Shown: positions 1 through 9,316, counted from the stretch's first letter. The stretch is DNA of 64,000 nucleotides from Clostridia bacterium (GCA_041662985.1 JBAZRJ010000002.1:10826-74825), one strand, 5' to 3'. The notes: generated from the letters alone by a model not told the origin. Numbers and translations are program-made.

Positions 1-1525
1 TCAGGCTATGGTGATATGTTCCCGGCGCCTCCATCAAGAGCCTTTTAATGAGAGGCTGATTTGGATTTGACAGCTCCAATAGTTTTGAAGGTGTCGTTAC
101 ATTAAATATACTTTCAAAGAAAGGAAGAAGTCCAATTGTCAGGATAGTGCACACAACACCATTTAGCGCAATAATTCCGCAGTCAGCCAATATTTGATCT
201 GATGTGTATTTATTTATCAGACCAATTCCAAGAATAACCAAAGCGTTCGTAAATCCCAAAATAGCACCAATCATCAATATTTTACTTCTTTCGGGAATTT
301 TGCCTACAAGGAACGGGGCATAAGTCCCGCTGATTATGGAAACAGTTATAAAACCTATATCACCGCCTACAACCGCGGAGATAATAACCGTAAGAATAAT
401 ATTTACTATTATAGCCGTTCTGATATCAAGAAGGATTGATATAAGCATCGGTGCAATCAAAATCGGTATGTAGAGTACGGAATAACCCCCTATAATCCTT
501 CCCACCAGCAAAACAAGAAGCATAACTATACACAGAATCAGCAGGTTTCTTGTATCATAAAGGATTTTTCGGCAAAAATTATTCAGGTACAGTACCAGCA
601 TTGCGGCTAACAGCAGCAGAATCAACAGTATCCCGAAAAAGAATTCATAATCAAAATCGCTTACCTTCAAAAGTCTTAGATTCTTAAGAATTTCGTATTT
701 CTCGACAGTAACAGTTTCGCTTTTGCTTATAATTCTGTCGCCTTTTCTTATGATTGTTTTATTGCTGTTCATCACCTTATTATAAGCTTCTTGCCTGAGT
801 ATATCTGTAAGTTCGTCATCTATTTCTTTATTTGGTTTTAGAACTCCCCTTGAAACAAGCCCTCCGATAATAACGAGCTCCTGATCGGTCTCTTTTTTCT
901 GAAATTGGTTTTGGATTTGGTTGTACATATTCGGGAGATTCTCATTCGTTATGTCATTCTTAAGAATATCGCTTATTAAACTTTTAGCCAATGTCTGGAA
1001 ATCTTTTAATTTTTTTTCGCTTAAATCTTTAATCAAGTATCTTACCTGTTCTTTTGAAAGAAAAATATTTTGTTTCTTGATTTCATTATAAAGCTTGACA
1101 GCCTCCAATTCCTGTTCAGACGCAAGTCTTGTGTTGTAGTCGTTTGTGAACTTCGTCAGTCCCTGCAGGCTTTTTTCAATGCCGGATCTTGAGTTTTCAA
1201 TCAAATTAAACAGGTCGTCAACTTTATTCAATACATCTATTGAAGCTGAATTTATTTCTTTGTAGATGGGTTTTATTGAATTTTTGGCGTTATTCGCATC
1301 TTCAATTGTTCTCAAACGGTCTTCAACGTCGCGTGGAGCGTCGATATCATATTTTGATTGAGTTAATACTTGTATGTCATATTTTTGGTATCCTGCTCCA
1401 ACTTCAATTATGACAAGCGCCAAAATAAAAGTAATAAGGCCGATTAAAATTCTATGAAAAGTTTTGCTCTTGATGTATTCTCTGATAACACTTTTATTTT
1501 TTCCCTCTTGCTTATGAAACAGCAT
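1..1525 (-). CDS. pgpH: 7TM-HD membrane phosphohydrolase (PgpH/YqfF family), C-terminal part outside window
   Basis: Absent from the ORF track because its stop lies beyond the window edge. My minus-strand translation from ATG 1523-1525 (GGAGG about 10 nt upstream) gives MLFHKQEGKNKSVIREYIKSKTFHRILIGLITF..., then a long extracytoplasmic segment and multiple TM helices. At the window edge it reads ...LMEAPGTYHHS, the start of the HD domain. It sits immediately downstream of phoH, the usual Firmicutes synteny. Confidence 0.75.
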   Translation of the reverse strand, partial: MLFHKQEGKNKSVIREYIKSKTFHRILIGLITFILALVIIEVGAGYQKYDIQVLTQSKYDIDAPRDVEDRLRTIEDANNAKNSIKPIYKEINSASIDVLNKVDDLFNLIENSRSGIEKSLQGLTKFTNDYNTRLASEQELEAVKLYNEIKKQNIFLSKEQVRYLIKDLSEKKLKDFQTLAKSLISDILKNDITNENLPNMYNQIQNQFQKKETDQELVIIGGLVSRGVLKPNKEIDDELTDILRQEAYNKVMNSNKTIIRKGDRIISKSETVTVEKYEILKNLRLLKVSDFDYEFFFGILLILLLLAAMLVLYLNNFCRKILYDTRNLLILCIVMLLVLLVGRIIGGYSVLYIPILIAPMLISILLDIRTAIIVNIILTVIISAVVGGDIGFITVSIISGTYAPFLVGKIPERSKILMIGAILGFTNALVILGIGLINKYTSDQILADCGIIALNGVVCTILTIGLLPFFESIFNVTTPSKLLELSNPNQPLIKRLLMEAPGTYHHSL

Positions 1526-1568
1526 TTATTAAATACCTCCAATGGAAACCCTTTCAATTTACGGCAAA

Positions 1569-2540
1569 TTACTTTGATTTTCTCAAATCAAATTTTTCAT
1601 AAGCTTTGATTATTTTTCTGACAAGTTCGTGTCTTACGACATCCTTTTCCGTGAGAAACGAGAATTCAATACCCTCAACATCTTTCAGTATATCCATAAC
1701 CTCAATTAATCCTGATTTCTCATTGTGCGGCAAATCAACTTGTGTTATATCTCCTGTTATAACTGCTTTTGAGCCAATTCCCAGTCTGGTTAAAAACATC
1801 TTCATCTGTTCGGGAGTCGTATTTTGGGCTTCATCCAGTATTATGAATGAATTGTCCAGCGTTCTGCCTCTCATATAAGCCAGGGGTGCTATCTCGATCA
1901 TCCCTTTTTCCAGATGTTTCTGATAGGATTCAATCCCCATTATTTCATAGAGTGCATCATACAGAGGTCTTAAATACGGATCAACTTTTTCTTGAAGGTC
2001 ACCGGGCAGAAAACCGAGTTTTTCGCCCGCTTCAACTGCAGGACGCGTCAGCACAATTCTGTCAACCTCTTTATTTTTAAATGTGTTTACCGCCATAGAA
2101 ACCGCAAGAAATGTTTTTCCCGTACCCGCAGGACCAATTCCGAATACAATGTCATTTTTTCTGATTTTATCGACATAATTCTTCTGTCCCTGAGTCTTTG
2201 CCTTTATTCTTCGGCCCCTCACAGTCATACATACTATGTCGCCCATATATTCATCCAGGCTGTCTAACTGCCCGTCATTAATTAGCTGTATAAGATATTT
2301 CACATGCTGTTTCGTAATTTCGTCGCCGCTTGCTGAAACCTCGACCAGCTTATTTATCAGTTCATACGCCTTTTCAATATTAGCTTTTTCACCTGTAATC
2401 TTAAGTTCGTTGTCTCTTGCTGTGATTTTTATATTGAAAGACTCTTCAATTACTTTAATGTTTTCATCATAGTTCCCGAATACATTCATTATGTGGTCAA
2501 TGTTATCCAAAACAATGATTCTTTCTTCGAGATTATTCAA
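1569..2540 (-). CDS. phoH: PhoH-like ATPase
   Basis: 323 aa with Walker A GPAGTGKT and the DEAQN box; full-length PhoH/YbeZ-like. TTG start with GGGAGG upstream. Confidence 0.9.
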   Translation of the reverse strand: MNNLEERIIVLDNIDHIMNVFGNYDENIKVIEESFNIKITARDNELKITGEKANIEKAYELINKLVEVSASGDEITKQHVKYLIQLINDGQLDSLDEYMGDIVCMTVRGRRIKAKTQGQKNYVDKIRKNDIVFGIGPAGTGKTFLAVSMAVNTFKNKEVDRIVLTRPAVEAGEKLGFLPGDLQEKVDPYLRPLYDALYEIMGIESYQKHLEKGMIEIAPLAYMRGRTLDNSFIILDEAQNTTPEQMKMFLTRLGIGSKAVITGDITQVDLPHNEKSGLIEVMDILKDVEGIEFSFLTEKDVVRHELVRKIIKAYEKFDLRKSK

Positions 2541-2575
2541 TAAATAATTCCTCCCATCAACTCTATAAACAAACC

Positions 2576-3277
2576 TTAATTATCAACAGGCGTAAGCATG
2601 TTAGTGTTTAATGACGTACTGTCATCTCTTATTTTTGGTATTGTTATTTCATCTGACTTGGAAACAGTAACTTTAAAATATGCCTGGAGCTCTTCTACTA
2701 TTCCACCTATAATCTTAAGTGAATTTTCAAGTTCATCCGGATCGGCGATTGCCTTGATTTCAAAAGGAGCGATTAACTGTCTTCCGTTGACCATGATATA
2801 GTTTCCGGCTGTTCTTATTTCTGATGTGGCAATTATTCTTTCATTATTCACCGACATTGCCTGTGCGCCTGATGCCCTCAACTCATTGAGTACCTTCAAA
2901 ATATCAAGGTCCTCAACAAAATATACTGCGGTGTTATCTATCGTTACAGTTATACCCTTTCCTTTAACAGCAATCAATCCTCCAAGCAGTTTTGCCTTCA
3001 AAAGTTCCTTTCTCATATTTAAAAGAACTGTATCCTCCCCACCCTGCTTGCTTTCATAGGCAGTTATCTCTTTTTGGAGTTCGTTGTTTTTATCTGTGAG
3101 GATTTCATTGTTCTTTTTTTCCTGAATCAGTTCATCCTTTAGTTCATCCGTCCTTTTATTATCATACGCTGCTATCTGTTTATTATTACTGGTGCTCTTA
3201 AACTGCAGGGATATAACACATCCGAGCAACAGCAGAACCATAGCAAGGGAAATATTCGTTATCATTTTTTTACTCAT
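2576..3277 (-). CDS. DUF881 domain membrane protein (YlxW/YlxX-like, division/sporulation-associated)
   Basis: N-terminal TM helix, coiled coil, and a C-terminal ...GAQAMSVNNERIIATSEIRTAGNYIMVNGRQLIAPFEIKAIADP... block typical of DUF881. Confidence 0.75.
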   Translation of the reverse strand: MSKKMITNISLAMVLLLLGCVISLQFKSTSNNKQIAAYDNKRTDELKDELIQEKKNNEILTDKNNELQKEITAYESKQGGEDTVLLNMRKELLKAKLLGGLIAVKGKGITVTIDNTAVYFVEDLDILKVLNELRASGAQAMSVNNERIIATSEIRTAGNYIMVNGRQLIAPFEIKAIADPDELENSLKIIGGIVEELQAYFKVTVSKSDEITIPKIRDDSTSLNTNMLTPVDN

Positions 3278-4014
3278 TTAGATGCCACCTCCAATGACGA
3301 AGTCAATTCGCCGATATCATAACTGTATTTTAAAATTTTTATATTCTCATTTTTTTGAATATCGATTCTCAAACCGTCTCTGCGCATTAGATAGACTCTT
3401 TCTGATTTGTCGACAGCATCATACAAACTATCAGGATTGCCAATTGCCTTTACGATAAAAGGCACGGCATATTTGTTCGAATTAATAAGCATCGTAGGTC
3501 CCGCGCATATAATTCCGCTGGTTGATATAAGTCTTTCGTCATTAATTGAAATAGCCTGTGCCCCGGCTATTTTCAAATCGTTAATCAGTTTTAGAATATC
3601 CGAGTCATGTATTATCAGCTGCATATCGGAGTAGTAAGTCCCGGCAGTGTCCTTTTGGGCTGTTGCGTCATTCATATTAATAATAATCCCCGGTCCGCTT
3701 ACATCAGTCAATCCCGATTTAAGATTTGCGGCCTCAAGTTTTTGATCTGTTTTTAAAAGTACTCCCCGCTTTTCAAAATTCGATATGGATTGGATAAATT
3801 TGTCCTTTGCCTCCTCTTTGGCTGCAATTGAAGCTAAAAGAGCGCTTCCCTTGTTCTTCTCCTGCTCAATCATTTTGATATATTCATTATCTTTAATAAC
3901 TGAAGAAGCCTGAATTTTATTGTTCTCAAATATAGTTTTGAATTGCATGGAAAGGACTATTCCAAAAATAAGGAACGTTATCAGCAAAACAATATTTCTT
4001 ACGTTTAATCGCAT
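3274..4014 (-). CDS. DUF881 domain membrane protein (second paralog)
   Basis: Same architecture (..GAQAISINDERLISTSGIICAGPTMLINSNKYAVPFIVKAIGNP..). 4-nt overlap with the downstream paralog. Confidence 0.75.
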   Translation of the reverse strand: MRLNVRNIVLLITFLIFGIVLSMQFKTIFENNKIQASSVIKDNEYIKMIEQEKNKGSALLASIAAKEEAKDKFIQSISNFEKRGVLLKTDQKLEAANLKSGLTDVSGPGIIINMNDATAQKDTAGTYYSDMQLIIHDSDILKLINDLKIAGAQAISINDERLISTSGIICAGPTMLINSNKYAVPFIVKAIGNPDSLYDAVDKSERVYLMRRDGLRIDIQKNENIKILKYSYDIGELTSSLEVASK

Positions 4015-4272
4015 ATTTTACCTCTGCAAACATATATTAAAACGGTTTAACCATTATCTCTAATTGTAAAGCAAAATGGCTTTAAATTCAATAAATACTT
4101 TATTTTAAGCAATTTTAACAATCAATGAAATTAAAGAGATTTAACGGTTCCATTTTTAATAATTTCTTATTAGGATAATAATTCGAAATTCAATTAAAAA
4201 TATCTGAATAATATCGTCATTTTTGAAAATACTCAAAAACACCTCTTGTAAAGGATGTCGAAGAATACTATT

Positions 4273-6900
4273 TTATTTAACTGTTACCTTACATTTTGCA
4301 GTTTTATTACCATCACCGGTATATACATAGATATATACTATTCCTTTTTTAATTCCTTTGACAATGCCGGTTGAATTGACTGTGGCTATTTTTTTATTGC
4401 CTGATTTCCATGTGACCTTCTTATTGCTTGCATTTGAAGGACTTATGGTTGCGATTAGCTTATATGTTTTGCCCTTTTTTAATGTCAGAGCCGTCTTATT
4501 TAGTTTTACACTTTTAACAGGTTGGATAACCGTTACTTTGCATGTTGCCTTCTTACTCCCGCTTACTGTTGTTACCGTAATCGTTGCAGTTCCTTTTGCT
4601 TTTGCCGTTATTAAACCTGTCGAGCTTATGGTCGCAATTTTTGTGCTGCTTGATTTCCAAGTGACTTTCTTATTTGATGCATTTGACGGATTTATAGTTG
4701 CATATAACCGGTATGTCTTCCTCGCCTTTATGGAAGCGGCCGTCCTGCTTAATTTAACGCTCGTTACAGCAACTGCAGTTGGAAAAGGGGTTGATGTTGC
4801 AATCACCGTCGGAGATGGGGTTGATGTTGCGGTCACCGTCGGAGATGGTGCTCCGGTCTGTGATGGCGTTGCAGTCACAGTTGATGTCGGTGTGGTTGTC
4901 GGTGTTGGTGTTACTGTCGGTGTTGGTGTCGCAGGCAAAGTATCGAATCCCTCAGTTGCATATCCATTCCATGGATTTGTAAAAGTACCGTTCCCGTTGA
5001 GATAATATACTTTAAATGTTAGATTTTGTTCATAGTCGCCAAAGACCTGAGAACCAATTGAAGGCGCATCTCCAAAAAAGTATGCAGCAGTTAGTCCATC
5101 GCAAAGATTAAATGCCTGATCATTAATGTTTATGACACTACTCGGAATAACAACCCTGGACAGCCCATCGCAATTATAGAATGCAGATGTTCCAATATTG
5201 GTAACACTTCCCGGAATATTAATGTTTGTTAATCCTTTGCAATCCATGAAAGCATAATGGCCGATATTTGTAACGCTTTCCGGTATAATATAATTCCCTG
5301 TTTTAGTTTCCGGACACGCTATAAGAATTGTCTTTGCTTTATTAAATAAAACACCGTTCAAACTTGAGTATTGTGTATTATTATCTTCCACAACAAATTG
5401 GGTTATATTATCACAGGAATAAAACGATGATCCGGAAAGAATTATAACGCTGTTCGGAATGGTAATACCTGTTAATGCATTACACCACGCAAAAGCGTAA
5501 TTTCCAATAATTAAAAGGTTACTCGGAAAATTAATTTCCGTCAACCGAGAACAATCCATAAATGCATTCTCGCCGATGACGGTTACGCTCTCCGGAATAA
5601 TGATGCTTACCAAGCTGCTAACACCGTTAAATGCATTTGCGCCAATGCTTGTCACAGGATATCCACCCAGAGTGCCGGGAATTTCAACGGCTTCATTTGG
5701 ACCTGTATAAAGCGTGATTTCAGCCTTAGAATCTATAATCGAATAATTAAAATCACCTAACGAAGTCTGTATAGGCGTCGGCGTTACCGTCGGCGTTACG
5801 GTTGGTGTCAGTGTTACGGTTGGTGTCAGTGTTACGGTTGGTGTCGGTGTTACAGTCGGTGTCGGCGTTACAGTCGGTGTCGGTGTCACTGTTGGTGTAG
5901 GTGTCACTGTTGGTGTCGGTGTTACTGTCGGTGTCGGTGTTACTGTCGGTGTCGGTGTTACTGTCGGCGTCGGTGTTACTGTCGGCGTCGGTGTTGCCGG
6001 CGGATCTTCTCCTACTGTTTCATATCCATTCCATGGATTTGTAAAAGTACTGTTTCCGTTAACATAATATACTTTGAATCCTTCATGGCATAGTTTAAAA
6101 ACATCCGCTTGCATGGATGGCGCATTGCCCAAAAAGTGCGCAGCTAAAAGTCCATCGCAATTCAAGAAAGCATATATATCGATAGTTGTAACACTGCCCG
6201 GAATCGTTACACTTGTCAGTCCGTCACACCCGGCGAAAGCATTGGCTCTTATGGAACTCACACTATTTGGAATACTTACATCTGTCAGCAATAAGCTCGT
6301 ACCAAACGAGGAATCACCTATGCTCGTTACACTATCAGGAATTGAATAGATTCCTGCTTTTCCTGCCGGATATTGAAGTATAGTTGTTTTTGTCTTATTA
6401 AATAAAATTCCGTCCTGACTTGAGAAGTTCGGATTATCGTCAGTAATAATTTGAGTCAGCGAATTGCATCCGCTAAATGCTCCTGAACCGATACTATTTA
6501 CACCGTTTGGAATTGAAACGCTGACTAATTTGTCACAATTAATAAATGCGCGGAGACCGATAGTGATAACATTGGCCGGTATAGTCACAGCATTAAGATT
6601 TTTGCAGTTATAGAATGCGTTCATTCCTATATTGGTTACGCTTTCAGGAATGCTGACATCAGTTAAAGCATTACAGTCTTTAAATGAATTCATACCTATA
6701 CCGACAACCGTATATACGCCAAATGTTCCCGGTATAATGACATTTCCGCCTGAACCGTTATACTTTATTATTGTTGCATTTGAACCTGTAACAGTGTAGG
6801 TAAAGTCACCGCTTTCTTCTGCAAAAACTTTAGTGTTGTCAATTGAGGTAAACGACAGAACAATTGCAACTGCCAAAAAAACGGAAACAACTCTCTTCAT
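4273..6900 (-). CDS. Secreted BspA-type leucine-rich-repeat (LRR_5) protein: two LRR modules, two Pro/Thr linkers, two C-terminal Big_2 Ig-like domains
   Basis: 875 aa with signal peptide MKRVVSVFLAVAIVLSF...AEE. Repeated ~23-aa IP.SVT.IG..AF..C..L units appear twice, each module ending ...FTNPWNGY. A (TPTPTV)n linker follows, and the C-terminal repeats (KVTWKSS..KIATISSTGLITAKAKGTATITV) look like Big_2. AGGAG RBS. Confidence 0.85.
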   Translation of the reverse strand: MKRVVSVFLAVAIVLSFTSIDNTKVFAEESGDFTYTVTGSNATIIKYNGSGGNVIIPGTFGVYTVVGIGMNSFKDCNALTDVSIPESVTNIGMNAFYNCKNLNAVTIPANVITIGLRAFINCDKLVSVSIPNGVNSIGSGAFSGCNSLTQIITDDNPNFSSQDGILFNKTKTTILQYPAGKAGIYSIPDSVTSIGDSSFGTSLLLTDVSIPNSVSSIRANAFAGCDGLTSVTIPGSVTTIDIYAFLNCDGLLAAHFLGNAPSMQADVFKLCHEGFKVYYVNGNSTFTNPWNGYETVGEDPPATPTPTVTPTPTVTPTPTVTPTPTVTPTPTVTPTPTVTPTPTVTPTPTVTPTPTVTLTPTVTLTPTVTPTVTPTPIQTSLGDFNYSIIDSKAEITLYTGPNEAVEIPGTLGGYPVTSIGANAFNGVSSLVSIIIPESVTVIGENAFMDCSRLTEINFPSNLLIIGNYAFAWCNALTGITIPNSVIILSGSSFYSCDNITQFVVEDNNTQYSSLNGVLFNKAKTILIACPETKTGNYIIPESVTNIGHYAFMDCKGLTNINIPGSVTNIGTSAFYNCDGLSRVVIPSSVININDQAFNLCDGLTAAYFFGDAPSIGSQVFGDYEQNLTFKVYYLNGNGTFTNPWNGYATEGFDTLPATPTPTVTPTPTTTPTSTVTATPSQTGAPSPTVTATSTPSPTVIATSTPFPTAVAVTSVKLSRTAASIKARKTYRLYATINPSNASNKKVTWKSSSTKIATISSTGLITAKAKGTATITVTTVSGSKKATCKVTVIQPVKSVKLNKTALTLKKGKTYKLIATISPSNASNKKVTWKSGNKKIATVNSTGIVKGIKKGIVYIYVYTGDGNKTAKCKVTVK
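5774..5998 (-). repeat. Near-perfect 18-bp tandem repeat encoding (TPTPTV)n linker
   Basis: Plus strand reads ggtgtcggtgttac(t/a)gtc reiterated about 12 times with few substitutions. It translates to TPTPTVTPTPTV... inside the 875-aa CDS. Confidence 0.9.
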
Positions 6901-7023
6901 AATCTGTTCACTCCTTAAATTTAGGATATAATCGGTTGTTTTACTATTACTGATTTAATTTTTATGAAATCGGAAACTGTTTGATTTTCTATGATTTGAA
7001 ATATAATGTAATATCTGATGTAT

Positions 7024-7032
7024 ATTATATCA
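7024..7032 (-). promoter_or_regulatory. Extended -10 promoter element TGaTATAAT for the LRR gene 4273-6900
   Basis: Minus strand reads TGATATAAT about 125 nt upstream of the start codon. The same element recurs upstream of the paralogous surface-protein genes. Confidence 0.45.
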
Positions 7033-7138
7033 TTTTTTAGAACTCAATTCACCACTTGTAAATTACTATTTATGCTTGCTCTTTTACTGTTTTTTGTCTA
7101 CATACCGAATTCATTTACATTTCGGTACATTATTAATT

Positions 7139-8410
7139 TTACACCCGTATATATGCTATAAGCATATATACTGTTGCAAAAACAATCGTAAGTAACATTA
7201 TCGGAAATGCCACTTTAAAATATTTTCTGAAAGTGATTTTTACTCCATGTTCTTCTGCCATCCCAACTGCTATCACATTTGCGCTTGCACCGATTATTGT
7301 TCCGTTGCCGCCAAGACATGCACCCAATGAAAGCGCCCACCAAAGCGGAGTTATACTCATCCCCGAAATTTCACCCAAATGTTTTATTAGAGGAATCATT
7401 GTTGTAACAAAGGGAATATTGTCGATAAACGCTGAGGCTATAGCTGATACCCATAGAATAGCAATTGCTGCTAACACAATATCGCCATGAGTCAGATTCA
7501 GAACCTGATCTGCCAACATATTTATTACACCTGTTGATTTAATACCTCCCACCAGAATGAAAAGTCCTATGAAGAAGAAAATGGTTTTCCATTCGATTTC
7601 GTGAACAATTTTCTCAGTCTTAGCACCTGATATGAAGAACAGCAATACAGCTCCGGACATTGCAACTGTTGCCGAGTCGTACTTGAGCACGCCGTGGAGA
7701 ATAAATGCAATAATAACGGCAGCAAGCACTGAAAGGCTTTTTATCATAAGTTTTTTATCTTTTATATAATCATTCTCATTTAACATCATTACAGAAGCTT
7801 TAACCTCTTTATCCGCAACAAGTTTTTTTCTGAATACAAACGCAAATATCGAAGCAACAATTAGAAGCATAGGTAATATTACAGGACCATTGTTTTTTAG
7901 AAAGTCCAAAAAGCTAAAACCAACAGCGCTTCCAATCAATATATTTGGCGGGTCTCCCACCAATGTGGCAGTGCCTCCGATATTTGAAGCAAAAATCTCA
8001 GCGATTATGAATGGTATCGGACTTATTTTCAAATCCTTTGAAATACTTAAAGTGACCGGCAGTATCAGCAAAATGGTTGTAACATTATCGAGCAGTGCAG
8101 ATAGTATGCCTGTTGCCAGAGACAGGATAATAATAACCTTTATCGGTTCTGCCTTTGCAATTTTAACCATCTTAACGGCCATATATTCAAAGACGCCGCT
8201 TCTTTTTGTAATCGCAACAATTATCATCATGCCGATTAAAAGACCGATAGTGTTAAAATCAATTTCCTTCAGGGCATTTTCCTGATTGAGAATTCTGCAT
8301 AAAATCATAAGAGATGCGCCTGACAAAGCTACAATCGCCCTGTCAAATCTATCCCATATTATCAATACATATGCTGCAACGAAAATCGCTACAGAAATCC
8401 ACATTGCCAT
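7139..8410 (-). CDS. ArsB/NhaD-superfamily (SLC13/citrate-transporter-like) ion permease
   Basis: About 12 TM helices with two-fold repeat architecture typical of ArsB/NhaD permeases. I place the start at ATG 8408-8410 (MAMWISVAIF..., GGAG 8 nt upstream). The 35 extra codons in the ORF track run through a terminator hairpin. Confidence 0.7.
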   Translation of the reverse strand: MAMWISVAIFVAAYVLIIWDRFDRAIVALSGASLMILCRILNQENALKEIDFNTIGLLIGMMIIVAITKRSGVFEYMAVKMVKIAKAEPIKVIIILSLATGILSALLDNVTTILLILPVTLSISKDLKISPIPFIIAEIFASNIGGTATLVGDPPNILIGSAVGFSFLDFLKNNGPVILPMLLIVASIFAFVFRKKLVADKEVKASVMMLNENDYIKDKKLMIKSLSVLAAVIIAFILHGVLKYDSATVAMSGAVLLFFISGAKTEKIVHEIEWKTIFFFIGLFILVGGIKSTGVINMLADQVLNLTHGDIVLAAIAILWVSAIASAFIDNIPFVTTMIPLIKHLGEISGMSITPLWWALSLGACLGGNGTIIGASANVIAVGMAEEHGVKITFRKYFKVAFPIMLLTIVFATVYMLIAYIRV

Positions 8411-8520
8411 AATTCGAACTCCTTTAAAAATATATAAAAAGGGTAAAAAACTCGCAAATATAACGAGTTCCCCACCCCGGAAACCATATCTCTTGAAAGC
8501 GGCACTGCCGCCCAACCGAA
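8411..8520 (-). promoter_or_regulatory. Structured 5' leader with intrinsic terminator immediately upstream of the permease start (candidate riboswitch/attenuator)
   Basis: Minus strand: ...CGGUUGGGCGGCAGUGCCGCUUUCAAGAGAUAUGGUUUCCGGGGUGGGGAACUCGUUAUAUUUGCGAGUUUUUUACC... The AACUCG/CGAGUU stem plus U6 (8445-8469) lies 35 nt before the ATG. Confidence 0.5.
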
Positions 8521-8648
8521 ATAAAACAATATCAAATTAACAACATATTATCTTAAAATAAAATATTCGTCAAATTGAGATTTTTCCCCAAATAAACCAG
8601 CCTCATTCAATTACAAAAGCTTTAGTCATATCAAACCAATTATCCGGA

Positions 8649-9314
8649 TCAATAAAGATTATGGCTTGGTATGCTGCAAACAACCTGCGCTGCTTGATTG
8701 ACGAATGCCGGAACAAAAGTATAAGTTCCACCATCAGGACAAGCAGGTACTCTCGTAAGATACATAGGTACCAAATCCGCAATACTTGTAATCGTATCAC
8801 CCATAGAAACAGCCAATTGGATTGTTCCGTCCATTGTTCTTAAGTTGGCTTGACAGGCCGCTTTTTTAGGGTCATTTGGTTCTTCGTTAGGGTTTGCTTT
8901 TATTCTGAAACTGATTGTTTTGGCCTTTTTTAATAAATTCCCTGCTTTATCTTTAACTGCATTAGCAGGTATAGTTAGAACATAAATTGTGTCATATGTT
9001 AAAAAATATGTATGTTTAATCAATATTTGCTTTTTTGAAATACTTCTCGAAATGCTTATACATTTTTGACTAAAAAGATTTTTAATTTTAATACCGGTAA
9101 AATTTTTTCCATTATAAATGTTTTCATTGAAATTAATGCTGATTTTAGTATTCCTTTCAATATTTTCCTGATTGTTTCTTGGGGATGCCGACTTGTAAAC
9201 AGGTGCCGTTTTGTCCCTACCTGCATTTACGTTCAGAAATATTCCATGAGTAAAAACCAATGACAGGACACAAAATAAAGCAATTCCCTTCTTAACCATA
9301 ATAATCTCTCTCAT
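8649..9314 (-). CDS. Secreted protein: SbsA-type Ig-like domain fused to a type IV pilin/pseudopilin-like C-terminal head domain
   Basis: Signal peptide, then DKTAPVYKSASP...ISINFNENI...LTIPANAVKDKAGNLL..ISF (SbsA_Ig/Big_5 pattern). The C-terminus reads CQANLRTMDGTIQ...LVPMYLTRVPACPDGGTYTF, matching the C-x-(A/S)-N-L-(R/K)...YL...P-x-CP-x-GG-x-Y pattern of ComGC/PulG-like pilins. There is no prepilin leader or hydrophobic helix. Confidence 0.6.
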   Translation of the reverse strand: MREIIMVKKGIALFCVLSLVFTHGIFLNVNAGRDKTAPVYKSASPRNNQENIERNTKISINFNENIYNGKNFTGIKIKNLFSQKCISISRSISKKQILIKHTYFLTYDTIYVLTIPANAVKDKAGNLLKKAKTISFRIKANPNEEPNDPKKAACQANLRTMDGTIQLAVSMGDTITSIADLVPMYLTRVPACPDGGTYTFVPAFVNQAAQVVCSIPSHNLY

Positions 9315-9316
9315 AT

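Noticed and set aside
5774-5998. Regular short repeats that could be mistaken for a CRISPR array
   Set aside because: The period is 18 bp with no unique spacers. The array lies inside a long open reading frame and translates to a Pro/Thr linker. No cas genes are present.
7095-7128. Hairpin TACCGAA...TTCGGTA downstream of the permease gene as its terminator
   Set aside because: No U-run follows on the minus strand and only a weak T-rich stretch on the plus strand. Too ambiguous to annotate.
7139-8515. 5'-extended ORF-track models for several genes (for example 7139-8515, 10666-12345, 15465-16511, 16592-18466, 33625-34101, 55895-58045)
   Set aside because: The extensions lack an RBS. They run through terminators, repeats or the upstream gene, and an internal start with a good Shine-Dalgarno and a sensible N-terminus (signal peptide or conserved start) exists. 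Shorter models were used.
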